A stretch of 64,000 bases of DNA from Bacteroidota bacterium (lineage in GTDB: Bacteria > Bacteroidota > Bacteroidia > Bacteroidales > WCHB1-69), in NCBI GenBank assembly GCA_037130365.1, contig JBAXTE010000022.1, positions 3,116 through 67,115 on the forward strand, given 5' to 3'. The position numbers and the translations under genes were made by a program. The notes beneath the pieces were generated by a model, which was not told where the DNA came from, searched no databases, and was given only the letters and a program-made list of their open reading frames with translations. Positions 1 to 8,902 of the stretch are shown here, one piece after another. The stretch's first letter is position 1, and every line of letters starts with the position of its first letter.

Positions 1-1
1 T

Positions 2-799
2 ACTGCGAACGGATACCAATCTCTAAAAACCAACGCAGATGGTTCAAACAATACCGCATTAGGTTACAAAGCTGATGTAACTTCAGGAAGTTTAACCAAT
101 GTAACGGTAATAGGCGCCAATGCTTCGGCAACCGTTAGTAACCAAATTGTATTGGGGGACAACAATGTAAATTCGGTTGTAATAAAGGGAGTGTATAATG
201 GAACTAGCAGTGCATCCCCTAACTTAGTGGTTGATGCTAATGGACAGATTATGAGAAGTACCGCAACCAATTCGCCAGCTGCCGGATTTAACCATTATAT
301 TGGTGAAATATACCAAGGTGGTATTATTGTGGCACTTTGGTATGAAGGTGTAGTAGAAACGGGGTTAGTAGCATCATTAACCGATTTGGGTAATACCGTT
401 GGTTGGAGTAATGTAACTTCTGGAACAGCTATTCCTGCTACCTCTTATGGAATTGCATACGATGGAAAGTCAAATACTGCTTCAGTTGTAGCACAGGCAG
501 GTTATTTGTCAGGAACATCAAGTGCTACTCAAATGTGCGATAATTACACTAGTGGTGCTTATAGCGATTGGTACCTACCTTCCGTTTGGGAGATGCAAAA
601 ATGTTATAGCAACATTAATTTAATTAACCCAATTTTAGGTTCTACAAATCAGTTTTCTCCTTATAATTATTGGACATCAACGGAAACTACATTCAATAGT
701 GCTGCTCAGATTTCCTTTGCAACTGCAATTGTATCTGTTACTGCTAAGAGTACTGCTAATGCAAGCCTTAAAGTGAGAGCATTTCGTAAAATAAACTAA
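2..799 (+). CDS. 5'-truncated surface protein: N-T-A-x-G-type repeats followed by a C-terminal DUF1566/Lcl-like (C-type-lectin-like) domain
   Basis: Frame is open from position 2 (TANGYQSLKTNADGSNNTALGYKADV...) into the 152..799 ORF. C-terminal motifs GGIIVALW, SDWYLPSVWEM, YWTSTE, VRAFR are typical of DUF1566-like domains. Confidence 0.6.
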   Translation, partial: TANGYQSLKTNADGSNNTALGYKADVTSGSLTNVTVIGANASATVSNQIVLGDNNVNSVVIKGVYNGTSSASPNLVVDANGQIMRSTATNSPAAGFNHYIGEIYQGGIIVALWYEGVVETGLVASLTDLGNTVGWSNVTSGTAIPATSYGIAYDGKSNTASVVAQAGYLSGTSSATQMCDNYTSGAYSDWYLPSVWEMQKCYSNINLINPILGSTNQFSPYNYWTSTETTFNSAAQISFATAIVSVTAKSTANASLKVRAFRKIN

Positions 800-866
800 A
801 TTGAATAGTGTCATGTTTCTAATATTAATATTAACTTCATAATACCATCAGTGGTGGTTGAATTTC

Positions 867-905
867 AAAACTGGCAGGGCGTAAAATCCTTGTCAGTTTT
901 TTTTA
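867..905 (+). terminator. Intrinsic terminator after first gene
   Basis: aaaactggcagg...ccttgtcagtttt imperfect hairpin followed by a T run. Confidence 0.6.
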
Positions 906-977
906 TAATGAAAATTTCAAACCGATAGCACAAAAAGGAATTGTTGCAAAAGTCCAAAATCAAGGCTTTTGTAGTTT

Positions 978-1240
978 ATACCATTACTTATTCCAAATCT
1001 CTATTGTCCGATAAATTTTCAATATTTTCAGCCCCTTTGTCCCCTGAAGGGGAAATCTTGAAAATTTAATTTTAATCAATTGATTTTCAATGCTCCCCTT
1101 CAGGGGATTTGGGGCAAAAGCATTGAAAATCATGCCTAAATTTCAATTTCATAAACCAAGCCTTTGTCAGAACAAAATCTTGTAATACCAATACATATTT
1201 CAAATTAGTCCACAGAACAATTTGGAATTTAGTTTGGCAT
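978..1240. repeat. Composite palindromic MITE/REP cluster
   Basis: ataccattacttattccaaat (978-998) and ataccaatacatatttcaaat (1185-1205) are inverted relative to atttggaatttagtttggcat (1220-1240). An internal exact inverted pair is present: tcccctgaagggga (1040-1053) / tccccttcagggga (1094-1107). Confidence 0.7.
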
Positions 1241-1442
1241 GCCCTCGTTATTTAACGGGGTTTAATACCGCTCGTAGATTATAAATAGTTCATTTAAAGT
1301 TTAAAAAATGGACTATATTATATCTAGAAGCGGTATTTGATGGTAAACAAAAAGAGACCAATGTAAAAAGTAGGGTTTTCATCTTGATTCTTCGTGCGCA
1401 AAGTCCATTTAGCAAGCTGGCAGGTGAATGTCTAAATGCTGA

Positions 1443-1919
1443 TTATCTCCTAATTGACCCCAATTCAACGGTATAATCATATTGTAAATCCTCGTGAAGT
1501 AAGGAAATTACTTTTTCAATTCGTGCCAATTGACGGAGGTAAATGTTTTGCAGAGCCAGGTCTCTTAGCTTCTGAAATCCTAATTCGGTATATGTTCTGC
1601 AGAAATGAAGTCGAATTTCAATCTCCATCTCTTTGGAAGCGGAGTATTTGGAATATTTTTTAATTGACCGCTCAATTTTACGAATCGATTTTTTTACTAA
1701 GAATGGCGTTCTAGAAGTAATCTCTGAAAATTCAAGTGTAATTTCTTCTTTTATTTCTGCGAGAAAACTCTCCTCGATATCGGTATAAAAAAGCGAATAG
1801 GAGAGAAGCTCCTTGTTTGAGGTAGAGAATTTGGCCAGTTTTAAGCATAAAGCCAATATCTCGTCCCGATCGAGGGTGTTTATCTCTTTGCGAATGTCAC
1901 TTAACGAGCGGGATTTCAT
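1443..1919 (-). CDS. Conserved Bacteroidota hypothetical protein
   Basis: 158-aa ORF with the LCLKLAKF...NKELLSYSLF pattern seen in a conserved Bacteroidota family; overlaps the upstream gene by 1 nt. Confidence 0.75.
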   Translation of the reverse strand: MKSRSLSDIRKEINTLDRDEILALCLKLAKFSTSNKELLSYSLFYTDIEESFLAEIKEEITLEFSEITSRTPFLVKKSIRKIERSIKKYSKYSASKEMEIEIRLHFCRTYTELGFQKLRDLALQNIYLRQLARIEKVISLLHEDLQYDYTVELGSIRR

Positions 1920-2146
1920 TAGCGATAGGTTTTGTTTTTCAGTGGGTAAAGCAGGCTCTCGAGACCATTAATCTTGATTTCATACATCGTTTGGAGTAAC
2001 ATCCCCAGCTTGCCCGTAGGAAAACCTTTGCGGGCAAACCATTCCAAATACGACACTGGTAAATTGCAGAGAATTGTGTCTTTGTATTTTCCGTAGGGCA
2101 TTTTCATCTCCACTAATTGTAATAAAAGCTCAGAATCGGGTTGCAT
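1919..2146 (-). CDS. DUF3820 family protein
   Basis: MKMPYGKYKD..LCNLPVSYLEWFARKGFPTGKLG signature. Confidence 0.85.
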   Translation of the reverse strand: MQPDSELLLQLVEMKMPYGKYKDTILCNLPVSYLEWFARKGFPTGKLGMLLQTMYEIKINGLESLLYPLKNKTYR

Positions 2147-2429
2147 TGTTTATTTTTGTTTCAAAAGTAAGCATAATTTAAGAAAAGAAGAAAAAGAAAT
2201 TTGTCACATAGGTCCAACTCTGACAAATTGTCCCGAGCGGATCGTGACGATTTATAGGTGTCAATCTTCTTCTTGACAACGCTCAAATCAACCAATTTCC
2301 CCAATTTTCCAATCTTCAGTTGTTCATCCCTTAGTCCCTTATTTACTGTGCAATCCGCCATCTTCATCCCGATAAAGTTTTTGTTGAATTTTTTTTATAA
2401 AAAAACATACAAAATCTAAATCGGGATTC

Positions 2430-2590
2430 AATCATCAAATCATCAAATCATCAAATCATCAACCATTTTTTGTTTATAGGTTTAAAGTTTATAAGTTGAT
2501 AGGGAAACCCAACATATCAACATATCAACTCATCAACATATCAACCCATCAACTCATCAAATCTTCAAATTTTCAAATTTTCCAATCATG
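2430..2590. repeat. Degenerate 8-bp tandem repeat (atcatcaa / catatcaa / tttcaaat variants)
   Basis: atcatcaaatcatcaaatcatcaaatcatcaacc and catatcaacatatcaactcatcaacatatcaacccatcaactcatcaaatcttcaaattttcaaatt. Confidence 0.75.
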
Positions 2591-2687
2591 CCTTTTAAAG
2601 ATTTTAACGAAAATTATACGAACGGTTTAAAGAAAAATGTTAATTTTGTGATGTTTAGCAGACACGAATTATTATTAGAAGCAAGGA

Positions 2688-3608
2688 ATGAAAGATAAAT
2701 CAGAACGTTACAAGAAATTTCTCGAACGATTACACTTCAAATATCGCTTGGTCATCATGGATCACGAGACGTTGGAGGAGAAATTTTCTATTCAATTATC
2801 TCGATTCAATGTTTTTGTAATTGGAGCCACTTCATCAGTAGTTATTGTGTTGCTTACCACGCTAATTATTGCCTATACACCTCTACGCGAGTATATTCCG
2901 GGATATGCTACGGTAGATGTTCAACGAAAAATATATGAGTTGCGCACAAAATCCGATTCCCTCGAAAAGGTGTTTCAGCAAAATAATCTCTACATTTATA
3001 ATATGAAACGGATTTTGGACGGCAAAGAGATGGTGGAGATAATGCCCAACGATTCTGTGATAAAAGAAGAGATTGCCCAATCGGATTCTCTTACCGAAAT
3101 TGCCGATGGCTCTGCAACTTCTAGCGATTCGTTGTTCCGCAAAGAGGTAGAAAGTCAGATGAAATACTTTGGAACTGTTAAGCGCACCTCTGATCAAGCA
3201 CCTCCGGGAGCAATTCAGCAAAAGAGCGATCCTTTAAAAAATGTATTTTTCACTTCGCCAGTCCGCGGATTTGTGTCTAATGTATATAATTCAGCAATTC
3301 AACATAATGGAATTGATATTGTAGCAGCGCCAGGTCAGCCGATTCACGCAGTGCTAGATGGTACAGTGATTTTTGCAGGATGGACCGTTAAAACAGGTTA
3401 TACCATAGCCATTCAACATCGAAATAATATTATTTCGGTATATAAACACAACGCATCATTGGCTAAATCGGAGGGAAACATTGTGCGAGCAGGCGATCCA
3501 ATAGCGATTATTGGCAACACAGGTAGTCAAACCACCGGAATTCATCTTCATTTTGAGTTATGGCAAAATGGCGTTTCTGTGGATCCGAAAAAATATATCT
3601 CTTTCTAA
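2688..3608 (+). CDS. M23 family metallopeptidase
   Basis: HNGID and HLHFEL zinc motifs, N-terminal TM segment; TAnnTTTG promoter at 2641-2648. Confidence 0.92.
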   Translation: MKDKSERYKKFLERLHFKYRLVIMDHETLEEKFSIQLSRFNVFVIGATSSVVIVLLTTLIIAYTPLREYIPGYATVDVQRKIYELRTKSDSLEKVFQQNNLYIYNMKRILDGKEMVEIMPNDSVIKEEIAQSDSLTEIADGSATSSDSLFRKEVESQMKYFGTVKRTSDQAPPGAIQQKSDPLKNVFFTSPVRGFVSNVYNSAIQHNGIDIVAAPGQPIHAVLDGTVIFAGWTVKTGYTIAIQHRNNIISVYKHNASLAKSEGNIVRAGDPIAIIGNTGSQTTGIHLHFELWQNGVSVDPKKYISF

Positions 3609-3668
3609 CTAAATTTTTATTTTTGTTTGGGCGTGTTTTGTTTTATCTCGTTAGAAAAAGAACGATAT

Positions 3669-3837
3669 AAAACAAAACCGGGCTTTCCGCTGCAAGTCCT
3701 CGTCCCGAAAGTGTTCGGGACTGTGGGCTTTCCGCTGCAATCCCTCACGCGAGGGTATGCAGAAAAAACCAGCTAGGAGCAAAGTCGGAGCGCGACTTAA
3801 AGTCGCACCCCGACTTGCACCGATAGCTGGTTTTTTG
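3669..3837. repeat. REP-like palindromic repeat cluster
   Basis: Two copies of gggctttccgctgcaa flank the palindrome tcccgaaagtgttcggga. A nested hairpin follows: aaaaaaccagcta...gtcgg..gcgactt/aagtcgc..cgac...tagctggtttttt (3759-3837). Confidence 0.7.
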
Positions 3838-4034
3838 CGTGAAGGATAGACGTGGAAATCCTTTTTTTTCAAAAAAGATTGAAACAGATAGCCTGACCCA
3901 AAGGGGCACGCCCAAATTATACCAAATCTAAGAATAATTGATAGATTATTTCCAATGATTAATAAACCGAGAATTTTAGAGATAAACATTCCTAAAATGT
4001 TATCAAATCCATATAAAAAACTCATTTGTTTTCG

Positions 4035-4042
4035 TAACTTTG
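4035..4042 (+). promoter_or_regulatory. Bacteroidota -7 promoter element (TAACTTTG) for dxr-rseP
   Basis: Matches the TAnnTTTG consensus 16 nt upstream of the dxr start. Confidence 0.65.
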
Positions 4043-4058
4043 CCAAAATTATAACGAT

Positions 4059-5219
4059 TTGAAAAAACGAATTGCGATATTAGGTTCTACTGGTTCTATT
4101 GGAACTCAAACTCTTGAGGTTGTTGATGCATATCCAGATGTATATCAGGTGGAAGTGCTTACGGCCATGAACAATGCAGAACTTCTTATTCAACAAGCTT
4201 TAAAATATTCGCCAAACGCAGTTGTAATTGCCAACGACAAAAAGTATTCGGAAGTGGCTGATGCTCTCGCACATACCGATATTAAGGTGTTTGCAGGCGA
4301 TTCTTCGTTAATTGATATTGTAGAAATGGAATCCATCGACATTGTGATGATGGCTTTGGTGGGTTATAGTGGGTTGAAACCTACGTACAATGCAATTAAA
4401 CATCGCAAACCAATTGCTTTATCTAACAAAGAAGTGCTTGTAGTGGGCGGGGAGCTGATTACGGCGCTATCTATTGAAAACAACGTCCCAATTTTTCCTG
4501 TGGATTCTGAACATTCGGCCATTTTTCAATGTCTAACGGGCGAATTTCACAATCCCATTGAGAAATTAATACTCACGGCCTCTGGTGGACCATTTAGAGG
4601 AAAATCTAAAGAATTTTTAGAATCTGTAACGGTAGAACAAGCGCTCAATCATCCCAATTGGAATATGGGAAATAAAGTCACCATTGATTCTGCTTCGCTT
4701 ATGAACAAAGGGCTGGAGGTGATTGAAGCCCATTGGTTGTTTCAAGTGCCGGTAGAAAATATTGAAGTCTTGGTGCATCCCCAATCGGTGATTCACAGCA
4801 TGGTTCAGTATTGCGATGGCTCCATTAAGGCTCAGTTGGGAGTTCCGGATATGAAACTGCCGATTATGTATTCGCTTTCTTACCCAAATCGGTTGCCATC
4901 GCCATTTCCACGGTTGTCGTTTGATGATTATACTTCACTCACTTTTGAAAAACCTGATAGAACTGTTTTCAGAAATCTAGACATTGCTTACAAATCAATT
5001 GCTTTAGGCGGAAATACACCGTGCATAATGAATGCTGCCAACGAAATTGCAGTTGAAGCATTTTTAAATAAAAAAATTGGATTTCTGCAGCTTTCCGATA
5101 TTATTGAACATACTATTCAAAAAGTAGGTTTTATTGCTAAACCAACTATGGATGACTATTTTGAGACCGATAAAGAATCACGCATTATTGCCAAACAACT
5201 AATAAATCAATCTATATGA
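4059..5219 (+). CDS. dxr: 1-deoxy-D-xylulose-5-phosphate reductoisomerase
   Basis: ILGSTGSIG, PVDSEH, LTASGGPF, HPNWNMG, NKGLEVIEAH motifs; TTG start. Confidence 0.98.
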   Translation: MKKRIAILGSTGSIGTQTLEVVDAYPDVYQVEVLTAMNNAELLIQQALKYSPNAVVIANDKKYSEVADALAHTDIKVFAGDSSLIDIVEMESIDIVMMALVGYSGLKPTYNAIKHRKPIALSNKEVLVVGGELITALSIENNVPIFPVDSEHSAIFQCLTGEFHNPIEKLILTASGGPFRGKSKEFLESVTVEQALNHPNWNMGNKVTIDSASLMNKGLEVIEAHWLFQVPVENIEVLVHPQSVIHSMVQYCDGSIKAQLGVPDMKLPIMYSLSYPNRLPSPFPRLSFDDYTSLTFEKPDRTVFRNLDIAYKSIALGGNTPCIMNAANEIAVEAFLNKKIGFLQLSDIIEHTIQKVGFIAKPTMDDYFETDKESRIIAKQLINQSI

Positions 5220-6529
5220 ATATTGTAATTATGGTTGCCCAACTTATTCTAGGGCTTTCAATTTTAGTACTCCTTCACGAATTTGGTCATTACATTACTG
5301 CACGTGCTTTTGGAATAAAAGTAGAAAAATTCTACCTTTTCTTTGATGCTTGGGGTTTTAAATTATTCAAATATACCTATAAAGGCACCGAATATGGAAT
5401 TGGTTGGTTGCCATTAGGTGGCTATGTTAAAATTGCCGGTATGATTGATGAATCGATGGATAAAGAGCAATTGAGTCAGCCAATGCAGCCTTGGGAATTT
5501 AGATCTAAACCAGCTTGGCAACGTTTAATTGTTATGATTGGTGGTGTGACTGTAAATTTAATTCTTGGTGTGGTTCTATTCACCATGGTGATTATGGTTT
5601 TTGAAAAAGAATATGTCCCAATTTCGGCTATCGACAAAGGAATTTATGCTTATGAAATGGGTCGCAAAGTAGGTTTCCAAACTGGTGATAAGATTGTAGC
5701 AGTTGGGGGTAAGAAAATCGAACGCTTTAAAGATGCATCTCCAATGATGCTTGTTATGGGAGAATCTTTTCAGGTTGAACGCAATGGTCAACTCAAAACG
5801 ATTACTGTTAATGATGCGTTTTATGCTGAGTTTAAAGAGTCTAAGAGCAAACGAATTTTCGAAGCTTATTCTAACGATTGTTCTATAGATAGTATTATTG
5901 CAATGCGACCTGCTGTAAAATCAGGTTTTAAAATTGGTGATAATCCTACAGCCATAAACGATTCTATAATAATTGACAGCTGGGGTACTTTTGAAGAAAA
6001 TATTATCAAATTTGCCAATAAATCTATAAAAATCACAGTCTTACGAAATGCTGAAAAGATTGATTTAACGATTACACCCGACACTGCAGGGATAGGTGTT
6101 GCTCATAAATTGCCAATTTTCCCAAAAACGGCTTATACCTTCTCGCAAGCCATTAAGTATGGTTGGAAAGATGCTATGGATATGCTCAGTTTGAATATTA
6201 AAGGAATGGGCAAAATTTTTAAAGGGGAAGAAAAAGCAACAGAATCACTAAGCGGTCCAATTGGAATAGCTCAAATTTATGGTGGTGTTTGGGACTGGCA
6301 TAAGTTCTGGTATATCACTGGATTGCTATCGTTGATTCTTGCTTTTATGAACATACTTCCAATACCAGCGCTTGATGGTGGTCACGTTATCTTCTTAATA
6401 ATTGAAGCAATTACAGGCAAAACCTTCTCCGATAAATTTATGGAACGTGTGCAAATGGTTGGAATGGTGCTGATTATGGGTTTGATGATTTTTGCCTTTG
6501 GGGTTGATATTTTCAAACTTTTCAGATAA
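5216..6529 (+). CDS. rseP: RIP metalloprotease RseP (M50, PDZ)
   Basis: HEFGH zinc motif, NILPIPALDGGH, adjacent to dxr. Confidence 0.96.
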   Translation: MNIVIMVAQLILGLSILVLLHEFGHYITARAFGIKVEKFYLFFDAWGFKLFKYTYKGTEYGIGWLPLGGYVKIAGMIDESMDKEQLSQPMQPWEFRSKPAWQRLIVMIGGVTVNLILGVVLFTMVIMVFEKEYVPISAIDKGIYAYEMGRKVGFQTGDKIVAVGGKKIERFKDASPMMLVMGESFQVERNGQLKTITVNDAFYAEFKESKSKRIFEAYSNDCSIDSIIAMRPAVKSGFKIGDNPTAINDSIIIDSWGTFEENIIKFANKSIKITVLRNAEKIDLTITPDTAGIGVAHKLPIFPKTAYTFSQAIKYGWKDAMDMLSLNIKGMGKIFKGEEKATESLSGPIGIAQIYGGVWDWHKFWYITGLLSLILAFMNILPIPALDGGHVIFLIIEAITGKTFSDKFMERVQMVGMVLIMGLMIFAFGVDIFKLFR

Positions 6530-6684
6530 ATTCACTCCGAAAAATCAATTTGCCCCGAATTCCTATAGCAATCGGAAGATTGACGATACTTAATTAAAAT
6601 ACTGATATTCAACGTTTAATCCTTGAGCTACCGGGAAAGAAATCGTTGAATATCAATATAATACACTTTTCGAAGTGGACTCTT

Positions 6685-6739
6685 ATACCAATACTTATTT
6701 CAAAATAGTCCAATGGCTATTTGAAATTTAGTATGGTTT
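6685..6739. repeat. Second copy of the ~55-bp palindromic element at 1185-1240
   Basis: ataccaatacttatttcaaaatagtcca...tggctatttgaaatttagtatgg is self-complementary and similar to 1185-1240. Confidence 0.7.
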
Positions 6740-7093
6740 AATGCTCGATGCTAATATGAACTATTGATTGTTTATTGAGTTATTGGACTAATTCATATTA
6801 GCATACGGTATTAAATAAGTTTTCGGTATAACACACATTCTGCTCTCGATTAGATCTAGACAGCCTGTTTTTTCAACTGAAAATGATTTCTTTTTTCAAA
6901 TTGAGCACTTCGCATTATTTATACCTCTTCAGTTATATTGATTTTGGGTAAAATTAGAAGATGATTTGGGTCACCTTAAAAAGTAGGGGGAGAAGACCCT
7001 TTGAAAAATGAAAACAACTTTTTCCAAACTCTAAAAATTCTTTGTTTATCTACTTCGTTTGTTCATTTGGAAAACAATAAAAAAACCGTTTGT

Positions 7094-7315
7094 CGCCTAA
7101 CTTTTTGTCTTGAAACAAAAAGTTACAAAAAATTCAAGACTTCACCAAAAAAGCTAAAAATCAACCATTTATATTGAGCGGGGCAAGTTAGATGCATTTT
7201 TCCAGTAATAAAATTCATTCGACGGATTATTCGGCTTGATATTTATTTGCGTTGCAGCACCCGCCTCGCCTTAAGCATATAAATGATTGATTTTCTTTAC
7301 GCTTTTTTGATGAGG
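7094..7315. repeat. Long-hairpin MITE-like element
   Basis: Head cgcctaactttttgtcttgaaacaaaaagttacaaaaaa resembles 11271-11312. It is followed by inverted arms caccaaaaaagctaaaaatcaaccatttatat / atataaatgattgattttc...gcttttttgatg. Confidence 0.6.
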
Positions 7316-8032
7316 TCGATTCCAAGGCTACCGCGGTGATTTTTAAAATCCGAGAGTTGCTTTGTAAGAATTGAGGAATGATATTCTTTGCTAGTCTATT
7401 CATGTGAGGGCTGAACCGCCTTGAGTAAAAGAGCATAAAGAAATGTTATTATGATAAATATTTAGAATGGAAAAGATATTTCTATAAACAATTATTTTAT
7501 GTTTTTAGGACCGACGGAGCGTAGTTATAAAAAGCAATAAGGAATACAAAATAATTAGCAATACAGCAGTGGCGTTTACGTCCAAATTTAAAGCATTACA
7601 CAAAGCAATCAATCCATGAAAAAATAAATAAGCTTTTAATTTGCCTACGCTGCTAAAGTATTGCTTTTATTTTGAAATCTTTGAAAAAAGGTTTACATAC
7701 GCTCCATCTTGATTTTTGTATACTTTTTATCAAGAAAAAGTATGAATGAGGAGTCTTAAATTCATGTGCATTTCAGGAAGAATTCATCGATTTTAGCAGA
7801 ACTAGTTCTTTTTTAGCCCTTTTGCGACAGCGGCGGCATTTTTTGCCACGCTTTTAGCGTGATGCCTCCCGCAAGGCGGGAGCATTAGGACATGTAAAAG
7901 AGAAAATATTTGACTAATACTTTATTATGGCAATCTTATACATCATAAACCCTTTCAAAATCTTTATTTATTTGTAATTACAATTATTTTTTGTAATTTT
8001 ATTCATCATTAATAATTGCAAATAATTAAGAT

Positions 8033-8902
8033 ATGAAAAAAGCATACATTCTCTTATTCCTTTTATTTCTTATTGTATCGGTAAAAGCTGGATTTGACCC
8101 ATCTGCTAGAGGTGGACGAGCTGCGGGTCTTGCTTATGGCTCCGCAACTTCAACTGATTTTTGGAGTGTGTTTAATAACCAAGCAGCTATGTCGTGGGAT
8201 GCAAAATTTGGCGCTGGTGTGTTTTTTGAAAACAGATATTTTGTAAAAGAAATGAGTACTCGAGGCATAGGGTTAACCTTGCCAGCTTCAAAAAGTGATG
8301 CTTTTGGATTGTCATTTTCACAATATGGATATTCCGCGTATAACGAAACCAAAGTTGGATTATCTTATTCAAAATCATTTGCTAATAAAGTTGCAGCTGG
8401 ATTACAATTCGACTATTTAAAAACCGCATCGAATAACGAAGGCGGTTCTAAAGGCGTATTTACTTTTGAATTTGGGATACAGTCAAAAATCAATAAAAAA
8501 CTTATGATTGGTTTTTATGCCTTTAATCCAATTCACTCCATTTTGAGCGACTATAATGGCTATTCTGAATATGTTCCGGTGGTGCTGAGGTTTGGTCTTT
8601 CGTATCGATTTTCTGATAAATTCTTACTACAAGTAGAAACTGAAAAAGACTTGCATTTCGATCCAATTATTAGAGTTGGTGGTGAATATCAACTGAATGA
8701 AAAGTTTTTTGTTAGAGGTGGTTTGTCCACAGGTGTTGTTCAATATTCCATTGGTTTTGGTACTAAGTGGAATGGATTTAGTTTTGATATTGCTTCATCA
8801 TATCATCAAATACTAGGTGTAACACCTTTGATATCATTGCATTATGATTTTTCAAATATTTTTCATAAAAAATCAGTTCCCTCATTAGAACCTAAAGTAT
8901 AA
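8033..8902 (+). CDS. Putative outer-membrane beta-barrel protein (PorV/FadL-like)
   Basis: Signal peptide, ARGGRAAGLA...VFNNQAAM N-terminal motif, alternating beta-strand pattern. Confidence 0.65.
   Translation: MKKAYILLFLLFLIVSVKAGFDPSARGGRAAGLAYGSATSTDFWSVFNNQAAMSWDAKFGAGVFFENRYFVKEMSTRGIGLTLPASKSDAFGLSFSQYGYSAYNETKVGLSYSKSFANKVAAGLQFDYLKTASNNEGGSKGVFTFEFGIQSKINKKLMIGFYAFNPIHSILSDYNGYSEYVPVVLRFGLSYRFSDKFLLQVETEKDLHFDPIIRVGGEYQLNEKFFVRGGLSTGVVQYSIGFGTKWNGFSFDIASSYHQILGVTPLISLHYDFSNIFHKKSVPSLEPKV

Noticed and set aside
2-799. DUF1566/C-type-lectin-like C-terminus as a diversity-generating retroelement target
   Set aside because: No template repeat copy of the 3' end and no reverse transcriptase seen in the window; cannot be excluded upstream of position 1.
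2161-2367. 68-aa ORF upstream of the DUF3820 gene
   Set aside because: No motif; adjacent to low-complexity repeats; unsupported.
2430-2590. Possible CRISPR or iteron array
   Set aside because: Contiguous 8-bp degenerate units with no spacers; microsatellite-like. No CRISPR array or cas gene was seen anywhere in the window.
3651-4046. 131-aa minus-strand ORF
   Set aside because: Runs through a REP-like palindrome cluster and the dxr promoter; no protein-like features.
7227-7436. 69-aa ORF
   Set aside because: Overlaps the long-hairpin repeat; likely spurious.
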